Below, piece after piece: positions 48,620-59,453 of a stretch of 64,000 nucleotides of DNA. The notes below the pieces were generated by a model. That model searched no databases. It saw only the letters and a list, made by a program, of their open reading frames with translations, and had not been told where the DNA came from. Source of the DNA: Bacteroidia bacterium (GTDB lineage Bacteria; Bacteroidota; Bacteroidia; NS11-12g; UBA9320). The position numbers were made by a program, and so were the translations under genes. The stretch lies in contig CBDCFW010000006.1 of assembly GCA_965216465.1 (NCBI GenBank), forward strand, positions 1,152,001 through 1,216,000. Direction: 5' to 3'. Within the stretch, counting starts at the first letter, position 1. Each line of letters opens with the position of its first letter.

Positions 48620-49270
48620 ATGAAATTCAAGGGTGTTCTTATACTTTTAATTGGACTTGTGACTTCAACTTGTAAGGCGCAAGTAGATCCAATCTATGCT
48701 GAGTTTGAGAAAATTTTAGAAGATTCGTTTTATTGTGATACCCTTATTGAGCAGATTTATGCTGAGCAGCTCAAACTAAAATTTGACGGTAGATATGTTG
48801 AAAAAGACATACGTACAGCTTTGTTGGTAGATCAAATTTTGTCAAACTACGACACGACTATAGATTTCCTCACAAATGTTACAAAATGGTTAGATACCAG
48901 TGCTATTAAGCTCTACAATCTCAATCCATATTATTGCAGCCTGTATGGGGGCTACCTTGAATTCCATCTGATGTTGTATGATACAAATAGGGTGAAGCAA
49001 CAAGGGTGCATCATAGAGAAAATCGTTATTTTCCCTGATAGCATTAATTCAAGAAGAAAAAGTACATTTTGTCAGGCTTCGGTTTTGCCCATCGGCTCTA
49101 GAAAGAGTTCACGTTTGAAGTTTCAGTTTGAATGCCAAATGGAGTCAGGTTTTGAAACATGTTATTCTCCATATTACTATCTTCTCTATTTGAGATTTAT
49201 ACTGAACAATCCAAACTATAATCAAATAATAATGTTTGACGGGGAATTGTTGTTACGCACACATTATTAA
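48620..49270 (+). CDS. Hypothetical secreted protein
   Basis: Signal peptide; no recognisable domain. Confidence 0.5.
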   Translation: MKFKGVLILLIGLVTSTCKAQVDPIYAEFEKILEDSFYCDTLIEQIYAEQLKLKFDGRYVEKDIRTALLVDQILSNYDTTIDFLTNVTKWLDTSAIKLYNLNPYYCSLYGGYLEFHLMLYDTNRVKQQGCIIEKIVIFPDSINSRRKSTFCQASVLPIGSRKSSRLKFQFECQMESGFETCYSPYYYLLYLRFILNNPNYNQIIMFDGELLLRTHY

Positions 49271-49349
49271 TTGAATAATTAATTCTTTTATGGATTATTC
49301 TAACGATTACCATACCTTGCGTTTTAACACTTGGATATAAAAATTATCA

Positions 49350-50642
49350 ATGGATAACCCGTTAATCTTTGTCACATTAGCACTCTTGGTTGGAATCGCA
49401 GTTACTTGGGCTGTGTTTAATTTTATTGTACTTAAAAGCAATAGAGAACGTATTGCAGAGCTTAAAAATGATGCGAGCACACAAGACCACGCACTTACTC
49501 AACAACGCATTGAGTATCAAGCGGTGAAAGATCAATTGGTGCGAACCGAGGCGGAGCTTAATCATGCCAATATCAAGTTAAAAGAACAAAAAGAAGAACT
49601 CGAGAATGTAAATAACAAGCTGACTAAAGAGTTTGAAAATATCGCTAACAAAATAGTATCCCACCAAAGCAAAGAGATTCAAGACAAGCACGAAGAGAAG
49701 CTTAAAGCCATGCTAAATCCTTTTAAGGAGAAGATTGAAAGCTTCGAAAAGAAGGTAGATGATACCCACAAAGAGAACATCAAAGAGAATCAAAGTCTTA
49801 AAGAACAAATTAATAGTTTAAAAGATTTAAATAAGTCGATTAGTGATGAGGCTAAAAATCTAACTTCAGCATTAAAAGGAGATAAAAAGCTTCAAGGAAA
49901 CTGGGGAGAAAATAGCCTCGAACGTATTCTACAAGCGGCTGGGTTAGAGAAAGAGAAGCACTACCGCAAAGAGGTGTTTTTAGAGGGCGAGGACGCTAAT
50001 TTTAGGGCAGATTATATCATTCTACTCCCAGACGATAAAAACTTGATTATAGACAGCAAGGTGAGTCTTGTAGCATATGCCAACTACTTCGCAGCCGAAG
50101 AAAAAGAGGAGGCAGATGATGCCATCAAGCAACACGTTCAAAGTGTACGACGCCACGTGACATCTTTAAGCAGTAAAAACTACGCAGAATTACACGGGGT
50201 AACCTCTCCTGACTACGTAATAATGTACATGCCAATTGATAGTGCGTTGGGGATGGCCATGACAGAAGATCCAGAATTGTTTGATTTTGCGTTAAGAAAG
50301 AACATTGTACTGGTCTCAAGCAACTCATTGCTTGCTACACTTAAAACCGTTGCTTTTATATGGAGACAAGATGCTCAGAATAAAAATGCTCTTGAAATCG
50401 CTCGACAAGGTGGGGCATTGTATGACAAATTTGTAGGATTCGTCGATACACTAATTGGAGTAGGAAAGAAGATGGAAGATGCTCAACAAGGCTACCGAAA
50501 GGCCATGAACCAATTAACAGATGGCAGAGGCAACCTGGTTAAGAAAACAGAAGACTTAAAGAAACTAGGCATTAAGGCTACAAAGTCACTGCCTGAGAAA
50601 CTAATTGATCGCAGCAGCGAAGAAGGAAAACTTGAGGCTTAG
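49350..50642 (+). CDS. rmuC: DNA recombination protein RmuC
   Basis: TM plus coiled coil; QGNWGE..LE, IIDSKVSL, DYV.M..P. Confidence 0.93.
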   Translation: MDNPLIFVTLALLVGIAVTWAVFNFIVLKSNRERIAELKNDASTQDHALTQQRIEYQAVKDQLVRTEAELNHANIKLKEQKEELENVNNKLTKEFENIANKIVSHQSKEIQDKHEEKLKAMLNPFKEKIESFEKKVDDTHKENIKENQSLKEQINSLKDLNKSISDEAKNLTSALKGDKKLQGNWGENSLERILQAAGLEKEKHYRKEVFLEGEDANFRADYIILLPDDKNLIIDSKVSLVAYANYFAAEEKEEADDAIKQHVQSVRRHVTSLSSKNYAELHGVTSPDYVIMYMPIDSALGMAMTEDPELFDFALRKNIVLVSSNSLLATLKTVAFIWRQDAQNKNALEIARQGGALYDKFVGFVDTLIGVGKKMEDAQQGYRKAMNQLTDGRGNLVKKTEDLKKLGIKATKSLPEKLIDRSSEEGKLEA

Positions 50643-50719
50643 GGGTTTATAGGGGGTCAATGGTTGGTTAAAGGGTTAATGCTAGGAGGTTAATGTTAGT
50701 GATCAATGTTTGTGGCATA

Positions 50720-50751
50720 AAAAAAGCCGACTCTTTCGAGTCGGCTTTTTT
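50720..50751. terminator. Bidirectional terminator between convergent rmuC and tonB
   Basis: aaaaaagccgactc-tttc-gagtcggctttttt. Confidence 0.85.
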
Positions 50752-50767
50752 GTTGGTGTTATATCGA

Positions 50768-51454
50768 TTAGAATATCTGGAATTTAACCGGCATTCTAAA
50801 TCGCATGTCAACACTTCTATCTCTTTGCTTAGCTGGTTTCCACATACCCGAGGTTTTTCTGATAACTCGAATTGCTTCTTCCTCTAATCCAAATCCTTTT
50901 TTAGCTCCTAAGATTCCGATATCGCGAATAGTACCTTTCTTCGTTACAACGAATACTACATTAATGGTACCGGCCATATCGTTCTCAAGGGCCATAGCTG
51001 GATATTCAATGTTTTCTGCGATAAACTTTCTCAGTTCTTGATCCGTTTCGTCGCCTTTGAACGTAGCTTTTTCCGATACATCGAAGATTTCAAAAACCTC
51101 ATTGGTTTCTTCAGGCTCTTCTTCTTCCTCATTTTCGTAATCGTCGACAGCGTCGTCTTGATCCATTTCAGAATCGTCAATCTCTGGATTGTCTTCGTCT
51201 ATCTCAACATCATCTTCTACAACCTCAATCTCTGGTGGAGGAGGTGGTGGAGGTGGTTTTTTCTCTTGTACCGTGTTCTCCATAACTACGATGTCTTCTT
51301 CTACAACAATGTTTTCAAGTCCTGAATCACTTTTATCGTAAACTTTATACGAAAAAGCACCTAGAACTAGAAGCAAAGACAACGACATTCCAATAAGAAA
51401 GAAGTCAAAACGTTTGTTTTTAACTTCTGCTTGTGAACTCTTTTTTACTTCCAT
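50768..51454 (-). CDS. tonB: Energy transducer TonB
   Basis: N-terminal TM, poly-Pro and acidic linker, YP..A, W.PA.Q, PVKF. Confidence 0.9.
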   Translation of the reverse strand: MEVKKSSQAEVKNKRFDFFLIGMSLSLLLVLGAFSYKVYDKSDSGLENIVVEEDIVVMENTVQEKKPPPPPPPPEIEVVEDDVEIDEDNPEIDDSEMDQDDAVDDYENEEEEEPEETNEVFEIFDVSEKATFKGDETDQELRKFIAENIEYPAMALENDMAGTINVVFVVTKKGTIRDIGILGAKKGFGLEEEAIRVIRKTSGMWKPAKQRDRSVDMRFRMPVKFQIF

Positions 51455-51489
51455 AATTATGCAATTTCAAATTTAACTTAAATATTTAT

Positions 51490-51921
51490 TCATTTATACA
51501 GTTTATGCATAAAAGGTAAATACTTTTTTAGGAACGTTACAAAATTTAACGCCACCTTAACACTTATAACGCCTACAATGGCTCCTAGCGTATTTGCAAT
51601 TAGGTCGCCAAACTCGAAGCTACGTTCCAAAGAACCAATGCTTTGCAGCGATTCGAGAGTGAAGCCATAGACAATTCCGATTATTAAAACAGCGATTTGG
51701 TGCTTCTTTTCTACAATTTTCTTTTGAGCAATGGCAAGAAGCCAGAAATTGGAGAATAGAAAAAACATGACAAAATGAATCAATTTATCCAGTTCAAATA
51801 AGCTGGTAAATGTAAATTTTCGAAAAGCAGAAGCTGGCAACAATAAGCTGGTTGCCAAAAAGAGGGAATAAAAAAGTGCAATGAAATGAGCTCTAGTGAA
51901 GCTCATCGTCTTACTGGCCAA
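51490..51921 (-). CDS. VanZ family membrane protein
   Basis: DKLIHF, E..Q....RSFE.GD.IANTLG. Confidence 0.85.
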   Translation of the reverse strand: MASKTMSFTRAHFIALFYSLFLATSLLLPASAFRKFTFTSLFELDKLIHFVMFFLFSNFWLLAIAQKKIVEKKHQIAVLIIGIVYGFTLESLQSIGSLERSFEFGDLIANTLGAIVGVISVKVALNFVTFLKKYLPFMHKLYK

Positions 51922-52291
51922 TCATCTCACGATAAGCAGCTGCATCCATTAAATCGTCAGCTTCAGAAGCGTCAGACATTTGGATTTTTACCATCCAGCC
52001 GTTTTCGTAAGGAGATTCGTTAACAGACTCAGGAGCATCTTCTAGGTCTGCATTTACCTCAACTATCTCACCGCTTAAAGGCATGTAAAGGTCAGAAACA
52101 GTTTTAACTGCTTCAATTGTTCCAAACACCTCATCTTTACCAAGTGTTTCGCCTTCGGTTTCAATTTCAACAAATACAATATCACCTAGCTCGCTTTGTG
52201 CAAATTCGGTTACTCCAATAGTTGCAACATCGCCTTCGATGGCAACCCATTCGTGCTCTTTAGTATATTTTAAGTTCTCTGGGAAATTCAT
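51911..52291 (-). CDS. gcvH: Glycine cleavage system H protein
   Basis: HEWV, AQSELGDIVFV, EAVKTVSD lipoyl-Lys, N.SPY..GW. Confidence 0.97.
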   Translation of the reverse strand: MNFPENLKYTKEHEWVAIEGDVATIGVTEFAQSELGDIVFVEIETEGETLGKDEVFGTIEAVKTVSDLYMPLSGEIVEVNADLEDAPESVNESPYENGWMVKIQMSDASEADDLMDAAAYREMIGQ

Positions 52292-52300
52292 TTCTATTTA

Positions 52301-53179
52301 TTATTTAGTTGATTCGGTTTTGTGTGGACGTTTGTGTACTCCAAATATAGACAAGACTTCAAATAATTTTTGCTTCATATCCTTACGTTCCACAATAAAG
52401 TCAACAAATCCTTTCTCCTGTAAAAATTCTGACCTTTGGAAGCCTTCTGGAAGGTCTTTTCCGATGGTCTCTTTAATTACACGAGGACCAGCAAAACCAA
52501 TTAATGCTTTAGGCTCTGCAATGTTTATATCGCCTAACATAGCGTAAGATGCGGTAACCCCTCCGGTAGTAGGATCTGTTAAAATTGAGATGTAAGGAAG
52601 TTTAGCTTCATTTAGTAGTGCAAGCTTAGCTGAAGTTTTGGCCATCTGCATTAACGAAAATGCTGCTTCCATCATTCTAGCTCCACCACTTTTTGATATG
52701 ATAATCATCGGAATCTTCAATTCCAATGCCTTGTCTATTGCTCGAGCAATTTTTTCTCCTACAACCGATCCCATCGATCCACCGATAAAGCTAAAATCCA
52801 TAACAGCCATCGAAACTTTAAGACCATTGATTCGTCCGGTAGCCGTACGAACTGCGTCTTTTAAGCCACTTTTTCGAATCGAATTCTCAAGTCGTGATGG
52901 GTATGTTTTTGTATCTTCAAATTCTAAAGGATCTCCAGAAATCATATCGGCATCCATTTCCTTGAACTTCCCATCATCAAATAGGATAGAGAAGTATTCT
53001 TTAGACCCGATACGACCGTGATTGTTGCAGTGAGGACAAACCCAAAGGTTGTGTTCAAATTCCTTTGTGCTTGTTGGTTCCTTACACTCACCACACTTAT
53101 ACCATAAACCGTCTGGCGTAGGTTTTTTATCCTGTGTTTTGGTAAGGATTCCGTCTTTTACGCGCTTAAACCAACTCAT
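52301..53179 (-). CDS. accD: Acetyl-CoA carboxylase carboxyltransferase beta subunit
   Basis: C4 zinc finger, [25 protein letters not shown]. Confidence 0.97.
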   Translation of the reverse strand: MSWFKRVKDGILTKTQDKKPTPDGLWYKCGECKEPTSTKEFEHNLWVCPHCNNHGRIGSKEYFSILFDDGKFKEMDADMISGDPLEFEDTKTYPSRLENSIRKSGLKDAVRTATGRINGLKVSMAVMDFSFIGGSMGSVVGEKIARAIDKALELKIPMIIISKSGGARMMEAAFSLMQMAKTSAKLALLNEAKLPYISILTDPTTGGVTASYAMLGDINIAEPKALIGFAGPRVIKETIGKDLPEGFQRSEFLQEKGFVDFIVERKDMKQKLFEVLSIFGVHKRPHKTESTK

Positions 53180-53203
53180 TGTTTAAAAGCAAATGTATTA
53201 AAA

Positions 53204-54256
53204 TTATGCAATGGTAATGCTATTGTCAAGATATACATCCTGAATAGCATTAAGAATTTCAATTCCTTCGTTTAAAGGTTTTTGGAAGGCTTTTCTTCCT
53301 GAAATAAGTCCACAGCCACCAGCTCTTTTATTGATCACTGCAGTTTTAACAGCTTGAGCAAGGTCGTTCTCGCCAGAAGCTCCACCAGAGTTAATCAAAC
53401 CAATTTTACCCATGTAGCAGTTTGCCACTTGGTATCTGGTCAAATCAATAGGATTGTCTGAAGAAAGCTCTGAATAAACTTTAGGATGCGTTTTACCGTG
53501 CTTAGTTGCGTTATATCCACCGTTTAGTTCAGGAAGTTTTTGCTTGATGATATCTGCTTGAATAGTAACACCAATATGATTTGCTTGACCTGTAAGGTCA
53601 GCAGCAGTATGATAGTCAACTCCGTCTACTTTGAAACTACTGTTTCTTGTGTAGCACCAAAGAATGGTTGCCATACCCAACTCGTGAGCTCTTTCAAAAG
53701 CTTCAGCAACTTCAACTATTTGTCTTTCAGAATCTTCGCTACCAAAGTAAATAGTAGCACCAACTGCCACAGCTCCTAGATTCCAAGCTTCTTCAACTGT
53801 TCCAAACATGATTTGTTTGAAGGTATTTGGATAGCTGATGAACTCATTGTGGTTAATCTTAACTACAAAAGGAATTTTGTGAGCATACTTTCTAGAATTA
53901 GCAGCTAACACTCCATAAGTTGAAGCCACTGCATTACATCCTCCTTCAATTGCAAGGTTGATGATGTTTTCTGGATCAAAGTAATCTGGATTTGGAGCAA
54001 AACTTGCACCGCCACTGTGCTCAATACCTTGGTCTACGGGAAGTATTGATAAGTAACCAGTATCTGCAAGTCTTCCTGTGCCATAAAGTTGTTGCAAACT
54101 TCTTAGTACTTGAGGATTTCGATTGGTGTTGCCAAACATGTCAAAAACAGTGTTTGAAGATGGTAAGGCTAATCTACTTTTGTCTATTGTTTTACACTGG
54201 TGCGAAAGCAATGCTTCTCCCTCTGCACCTAAAAGATTTACAACGTTGTTACTCAT
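53204..54256 (-). CDS. fbaB: Class I fructose-bisphosphate aldolase
   Basis: [27 protein letters not shown]. Confidence 0.95.
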   Translation of the reverse strand: MSNNVVNLLGAEGEALLSHQCKTIDKSRLALPSSNTVFDMFGNTNRNPQVLRSLQQLYGTGRLADTGYLSILPVDQGIEHSGGASFAPNPDYFDPENIINLAIEGGCNAVASTYGVLAANSRKYAHKIPFVVKINHNEFISYPNTFKQIMFGTVEEAWNLGAVAVGATIYFGSEDSERQIVEVAEAFERAHELGMATILWCYTRNSSFKVDGVDYHTAADLTGQANHIGVTIQADIIKQKLPELNGGYNATKHGKTHPKVYSELSSDNPIDLTRYQVANCYMGKIGLINSGGASGENDLAQAVKTAVINKRAGGCGLISGRKAFQKPLNEGIEILNAIQDVYLDNSITIA

Positions 54257-54317
54257 ATTAGTTTTATTCGATAAGGCCGCAAAATTACATTTTTTTTATT
54301 ACCTACCTTTGTCTTTG

Positions 54318-54749
54318 ATGAGCAAAAATTTAAAAGTAATAATTGCTAACTCAAACGAGCAACTTGAGGCTATTTTTAAGATAAGAAGGGAGGTGTTTGT
54401 TGAAGAACAAAAAGTGGATGAAGCAGAAGAATACGATGAGTTTGAAACATCAAGTACGCACTTGCTTGCCTTATACAATGATTACCCTGTTGGCACCTGT
54501 CGTTTTAGGAATACCGACAAAGGAATTAAACTAGAACGCTTTGCTGTGCTGAAATCTCATCGTGATAAAAGTGTAGGAAAAGCATTGGTAATGGCCACAC
54601 TTGATCAAGTAGATCTTAATCAATACATCTACCTGCATGCACAAATTCAAGTTGTTGATTTTTACAAAAAATATGGCTTTGTTGCTGTGGGAGATATGTT
54701 TGAAGAGGCAAACATAAAACACTATAAAATGGAGCTTACCTCAAAATAG
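54318..54749 (+). CDS. GNAT acetyltransferase (ElaA/YjcF-like)
   Basis: IR.EVFVEEQ, LHAQ, FY.KYGF, F.EA.I.H. Confidence 0.88.
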   Translation: MSKNLKVIIANSNEQLEAIFKIRREVFVEEQKVDEAEEYDEFETSSTHLLALYNDYPVGTCRFRNTDKGIKLERFAVLKSHRDKSVGKALVMATLDQVDLNQYIYLHAQIQVVDFYKKYGFVAVGDMFEEANIKHYKMELTSK

Positions 54750-56073
54750 CTTTAATCCACAAGGCAAGTCCTGTATCAGATAAATTCTCAAGTTCAGCCA
54801 GTGCTTCATCTTTCGAATCTAGTTTTCCGACACAAACGTAAAAACGCTCGGAGCTCTTAAGTATGAACGACTCAATTCCCTTAGCTTCTAGCTGTTGCAC
54901 ATAGGTGCTTGCTGAGCTTTCAAATACAAACGAACCCGCAATGATATAGTAGTCTTTGGGCAACTCAGGTTCTATGATCTTAATTGGGGTATCCACTTGT
55001 ACAGTGTCAGCTTCTACCACGTCAATAATCTCTTTGTCACTAACTGAATCTACTATCGTATCTTTGATAATCGTTTCGGCTATAACCTCTTCTTCAACCT
55101 CAATAGTATCCGCAGCTGTCACATCAGGTTTAGCAGGAATTACTATACTGTCACTTTGAACATCTTTTGTTTTCCTACGTGGTTGCCATCTTAACAACAC
55201 TTCATGCGTATTTCCGAGTTGACTTTTTTGATAGTGCGTGGTGATATCGTAGGCGTAACCTATCGTCATACTTTGGGCAATGTTGATGCCTAACATGCTC
55301 GAAAACGACATCCCATCTCTATAAGCTATTCCCGCGTACCACTTTTCTTTCCAGTTTAAGGTTAAATTCAAGTCTGTTTGCCCTGGAGCACCAAAAGTTT
55401 TACGATATAGGAGGTAGGGGTCGAGTCTAACTTCATTTCCTAAGTCAAAGGAGTAATTCATGTTGAACATCCAGTGCTGGGCAAGGTTATGTAAACTTGG
55501 AAGACTTGAGTTGACATAAGAAGCATTCTCATTCAAGATCTGGAGACTGGATAGTCCCATTTGAAAGTTTCCAAAGTCCATTTGAACTCCAGCATTCCCG
55601 TCGATATAGGTGCCGTTCTGATTTATTAAGGCTGTAAAACTCGGATCCGTTGGATCTATTAAATGAAAATCTTCCTGATTAAATCGCTGATTTATGGCTG
55701 CAATCCCAATTCCGAAGCTAAGCGTTTTGTAGTTACCTAAAGGAATATGGTAGGCATAACTAGCCTGAATACTATTGTTGGTTGTCCAGTTTTGTTGATC
55801 TTGATGTGCGTACAGGCCAAATGCACTTCGGGCTGCTTGTGACCTTGCTTGAAATGCAAATGCTTTGGTTTCGATGGGTCGAGCTAGGCTAGAAAATTGG
55901 CGCCTTCCAATTAAGCTGGCACTAATTTCAGTTCCAATGCTGGTCTGAGCAGGGTTGTAAATAAATTGATTGAAGTAGTACTGGCTGTACAAGGGGATTT
56001 GTTGGGCCACAGTTGCAATGGATGTAACAACTACAATCAAACACAAGAGATATCTTAGTTGAGCTCTTACCAT
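54736..56073 (-). CDS. PorP/SprF-family T9SS membrane protein with C-terminal SPOR-like domain
   Basis: QQ.PLYSQY.FN...YNPA, YAYHI, GYAYD, THE; acidic linker; YYIIAGSF...A....L...G SPOR-like tail. Confidence 0.85.
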   Translation of the reverse strand: MVRAQLRYLLCLIVVVTSIATVAQQIPLYSQYYFNQFIYNPAQTSIGTEISASLIGRRQFSSLARPIETKAFAFQARSQAARSAFGLYAHQDQQNWTTNNSIQASYAYHIPLGNYKTLSFGIGIAAINQRFNQEDFHLIDPTDPSFTALINQNGTYIDGNAGVQMDFGNFQMGLSSLQILNENASYVNSSLPSLHNLAQHWMFNMNYSFDLGNEVRLDPYLLYRKTFGAPGQTDLNLTLNWKEKWYAGIAYRDGMSFSSMLGINIAQSMTIGYAYDITTHYQKSQLGNTHEVLLRWQPRRKTKDVQSDSIVIPAKPDVTAADTIEVEEEVIAETIIKDTIVDSVSDKEIIDVVEADTVQVDTPIKIIEPELPKDYYIIAGSFVFESSASTYVQQLEAKGIESFILKSSERFYVCVGKLDSKDEALAELENLSDTGLALWIKAILR

Positions 56074-57353
56074 GTTTGTTTTCTGGCTATTTCTAGGCTG
56101 CCTTTTAGCACTCCAAGATCCGGATTGTAAAACTTGATGATGTATACATACGTGCCATCAGGAAGAATGCTTCCCTTGAAGTTTCCGTCCCATTGATGGT
56201 CGTATTGCTCAGAATGAAATACTTCCCAGCCCCAACGGTTAAAGACAAATACTTCAGCACTATCAATATTTGGGACATCTCTCAGGTCCCAAACATCATT
56301 CTTGCCGTCGTTGTTTGGCGAGATGAAGTTATGAACGGGAATAATATCCTGGATTACCTTGACTACAACTGAGTCTTGATCTGAACAGCCAAACTCATTC
56401 CAAACGGTCAGTCTGTACATTGTAGTTTCAGTAGGATTGGCAATTGGATCGGCTTTGCTAGTATCTGAAAGCGATAAACTTGGATTCCAACTATAACTTT
56501 GACCTCCTGATCCATCAAGTTTGATGGATTCTCCAACATTAATTACTTTCTTTTCTCCTGCTTCAGCAATAGGGTTTGGCTTCTCTCTAACTTCAATGCT
56601 ATCTTCGGTAAAGCATGCATTGCTATTGGTGCCAACCACTGAATAAGTTCCTTCCTGTATTATTATTCTTGAGGTTTGGCTAGTGCCATTATCCCACAAA
56701 TAGTCTGAAGCTCCTGCAACCTCCAATTCAACAGATTTTCCTTCACATAAAAATGCTGGGTGAGCAGGGGTAAACGTTATTACAGGTTTGTAGGTATATT
56801 CTATCGTGTCTTTATAATTTGCCGAGCAAGATTTATCAGACTCTAAGTCTAGATTGATTGCATAGGTTCCAACCAAAGCAGGTGCGTGGGAATATGCTGC
56901 ATTTGCATTTGTTGTACCATCTATACTCCATTCACGGTAAACAATGGTGCCTTCAGCTAGGGTGCTGTTATCGATCAGTTGAATAGCAAATGGGAAGCAG
57001 GGAACTGTGATGTCAACTTCAATTTGCGGTTTTGCATGAACAATGATGTTTCTGCTAATCGAGTCCGAAAATCCAAGGTTATTGGTTACAACAAGTTTTA
57101 CCCAATAGCTGCCGTGTTGATCGAAAGTGTAGCTTGGATTTTTGAGGGATGAAGTATCTGAATTGCTATTGTCGCCAAAATCCCAAGAATACTCAACAAT
57201 GGGGTTTGATCCTTGAAAAGATTCGTCGACAAAACTCACAGGAGCCATCTCACAGGCATTTGAGAAGCTGAACTTTGCAGTTGGAGCTTGTGCTAATGCT
57301 AGCAGTGAGGGTAAAATGAAAGTCAGTGTCCAAAGACTCCTTAAGTTTTTCAT
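56067..57353 (-). CDS. PKD-domain T9SS type B cargo protein
   Basis: WDFGD PKD motif; NFISPNNDGKND.W, FNRWG, WDG, DGTY.Y CTD; overlaps porP-like gene. Confidence 0.88.
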   Translation of the reverse strand: MKNLRSLWTLTFILPSLLALAQAPTAKFSFSNACEMAPVSFVDESFQGSNPIVEYSWDFGDNSNSDTSSLKNPSYTFDQHGSYWVKLVVTNNLGFSDSISRNIIVHAKPQIEVDITVPCFPFAIQLIDNSTLAEGTIVYREWSIDGTTNANAAYSHAPALVGTYAINLDLESDKSCSANYKDTIEYTYKPVITFTPAHPAFLCEGKSVELEVAGASDYLWDNGTSQTSRIIIQEGTYSVVGTNSNACFTEDSIEVREKPNPIAEAGEKKVINVGESIKLDGSGGQSYSWNPSLSLSDTSKADPIANPTETTMYRLTVWNEFGCSDQDSVVVKVIQDIIPVHNFISPNNDGKNDVWDLRDVPNIDSAEVFVFNRWGWEVFHSEQYDHQWDGNFKGSILPDGTYVYIIKFYNPDLGVLKGSLEIARKQTW

Positions 57354-57423
57354 CGGTATTAATTCACAAATTAACTATACACACCTTAAACTTTATAAGC
57401 CTCAGTGTCGATGTGTCGACAAT

Positions 57424-59256
57424 TTACTTCATAACCGCCTGAGCAGGATTCATATGTTTTCCTAAGAATCGTTCCATAGCTTCATAGAACTCAAATCGAT
57501 TTTCTTCATTATGAAAACCATGACCTTCGTTGTCTTTCACCAAATATTCTACATCTACACCTCTTTCTTTCATTGCCTCAACCATTTGATCACTTTCTGA
57601 TTTTTTTACTCGAGGATCATTAGCCCCTTGAGCAATAAAAAGAGGGGCTGTAATTCGTTCAGCCTGCAAGGATGGGGAATAAGCGGCAAGCATTTCCGCA
57701 TCGGTTTCGGGATGTCCTACCATTTCATACAGCATCTCTAAGAACTGGGTCCAATAAGGCGGAATGGTTTCCATAAAGGTAAAAAGGTTTGAGACTCCAA
57801 CATAGTCAATACCGCATGCATAGAGATCAGGAGTAAATGTTAGTCCAGCTAAAGTGGCATAACCACCGTAACTTCCACCATAGATAGCTATTCTATTTGC
57901 ATCTGCAATTCCTTGTTCAATCAGCCAGTTTGCACCATCGGTAACATCATCTTGCATGGTCTGACCCCATTGTTTGAAGCTTGCTTCCCAGAATTCTCTA
58001 CCGTAACTGATGCTGCCTCTAAAGTTCATTTGTAAAACAGCATAACCTCTATTTGCTAGGAATTGTATCTCTGGGTTAAAACCCCAATAGTCTCGTGCCC
58101 AAGGGCCACCGTGTGGGTTAATGACAACAGGTAAATTTTTCGCTTCAATACCTTTTGGCAATGTCAGATATCCATGAATAGTTAAGCCGTCTCTAGATTT
58201 GTAGGTGATTGGATTCATATCGGCCATATCTTCCTCGTTCATCCAAGGACTAAGTTCTGCAATTTTTGTAAGGGCCTTTGAATCCTTGTTATAAAAATAG
58301 TAGGCTCCTCTGCTTTTGTCGGAATAAGTTCTAACGATGTACTTGTTTTCTTCCTTATTGACAGAAGTGACAGCAACTTCGTAACCAGGAAGTTTAGCTT
58401 GTAAATCTTGGTAAGTAGCTTCTGATTCTGAGTCGAAATAATGTCTTTCAGCTTTTTCGCCATACCAACGGGCACTTGTTATTACTTTCTTCTTTCTGCT
58501 GTATCCAAGTCCATCTACATCGTTGTAATCATCTGAAAAAAGTTCCTCGATTTCTTCACCTTTCTCCATGTCAAACTTTACAATAGCACTTTTATCTCTT
58601 CCTAAATTAGAACTGCCATAAACCACACTTCCATTATCAAAATCAAAGAATTGTGGATTAAAGCTTTCTTTGAAGTTAGTAGTTAGAACTGGTTTAAAAT
58701 TTTCTTCTTCTGTTCCTCGATACATTAATGTGGTATTAACACCATCTGTAGTTGAGGCGATTCTTAGCTTCCCATTGTGATCGGTCATCCATGTGCTAAT
58801 GTTTCCAGGGTTTTCAGCTATCAAAGTTTGTTCACCGGTATTTACATTTAATCGATACGCATCAAATATTTCAGGTATGCGTTTGTTAGACCCAATGATT
58901 ACAAATTCTGGAATATCTTCAAGGTCATCGATTATTTGAATTTTAACGCCAGGGTCGGTTAGCATAATGAGATTTTCACCGTTTCGATCAACGCCATAAA
59001 GTGCAAAATTTTCGTCTCCGCCATCATCTTTCAAATACAGCAAACGGTCATCTGTCACCCAAAAATATCCGGCGATGTCTCTGTCGGTTTCTTGCGTAAG
59101 CATTTGGATGTCTTGTTCTCCAATTTTTTGAACATGAATGTTCATTCGGTTCTCATAAGGAGCCATGTATGCCAAATATTCACCATTCGGAGAAATTTTA
59201 AATGCCGTCTTTTCTGAGTTTCTAAAAAAATCTTGAAGTTCTATTTTGGGTGCCAT
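57424..59256 (-). CDS. S9 family (prolyl oligopeptidase/acylaminoacyl) peptidase
   Basis: HGGP, GGSYGG, ND.RV, EGHGF. Confidence 0.93.
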   Translation of the reverse strand: MAPKIELQDFFRNSEKTAFKISPNGEYLAYMAPYENRMNIHVQKIGEQDIQMLTQETDRDIAGYFWVTDDRLLYLKDDGGDENFALYGVDRNGENLIMLTDPGVKIQIIDDLEDIPEFVIIGSNKRIPEIFDAYRLNVNTGEQTLIAENPGNISTWMTDHNGKLRIASTTDGVNTTLMYRGTEEENFKPVLTTNFKESFNPQFFDFDNGSVVYGSSNLGRDKSAIVKFDMEKGEEIEELFSDDYNDVDGLGYSRKKKVITSARWYGEKAERHYFDSESEATYQDLQAKLPGYEVAVTSVNKEENKYIVRTYSDKSRGAYYFYNKDSKALTKIAELSPWMNEEDMADMNPITYKSRDGLTIHGYLTLPKGIEAKNLPVVINPHGGPWARDYWGFNPEIQFLANRGYAVLQMNFRGSISYGREFWEASFKQWGQTMQDDVTDGANWLIEQGIADANRIAIYGGSYGGYATLAGLTFTPDLYACGIDYVGVSNLFTFMETIPPYWTQFLEMLYEMVGHPETDAEMLAAYSPSLQAERITAPLFIAQGANDPRVKKSESDQMVEAMKERGVDVEYLVKDNEGHGFHNEENRFEFYEAMERFLGKHMNPAQAVMK

Positions 59257-59453
59257 TATGTATGTTGTAGTTTATATCTTTTATCCTGAACGAGCAACAA
59301 AGCTAAGCGTTCTGGTTCACGAAAATAATGCTTATATCCGCTATTGAATAAATCTAACAAACAACTGAGGTATAAGTTTAAGGAATATTCGACCAAAGAA
59401 AAGGCTTACCGCACAAGACTTTGTTATTTTTGCTTCGTTGTAAGAAAAGCAAA

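Noticed and set aside
51235-51260. GGT/GGA triplet repeat
   Set aside because: Encodes the normal TonB poly-proline linker
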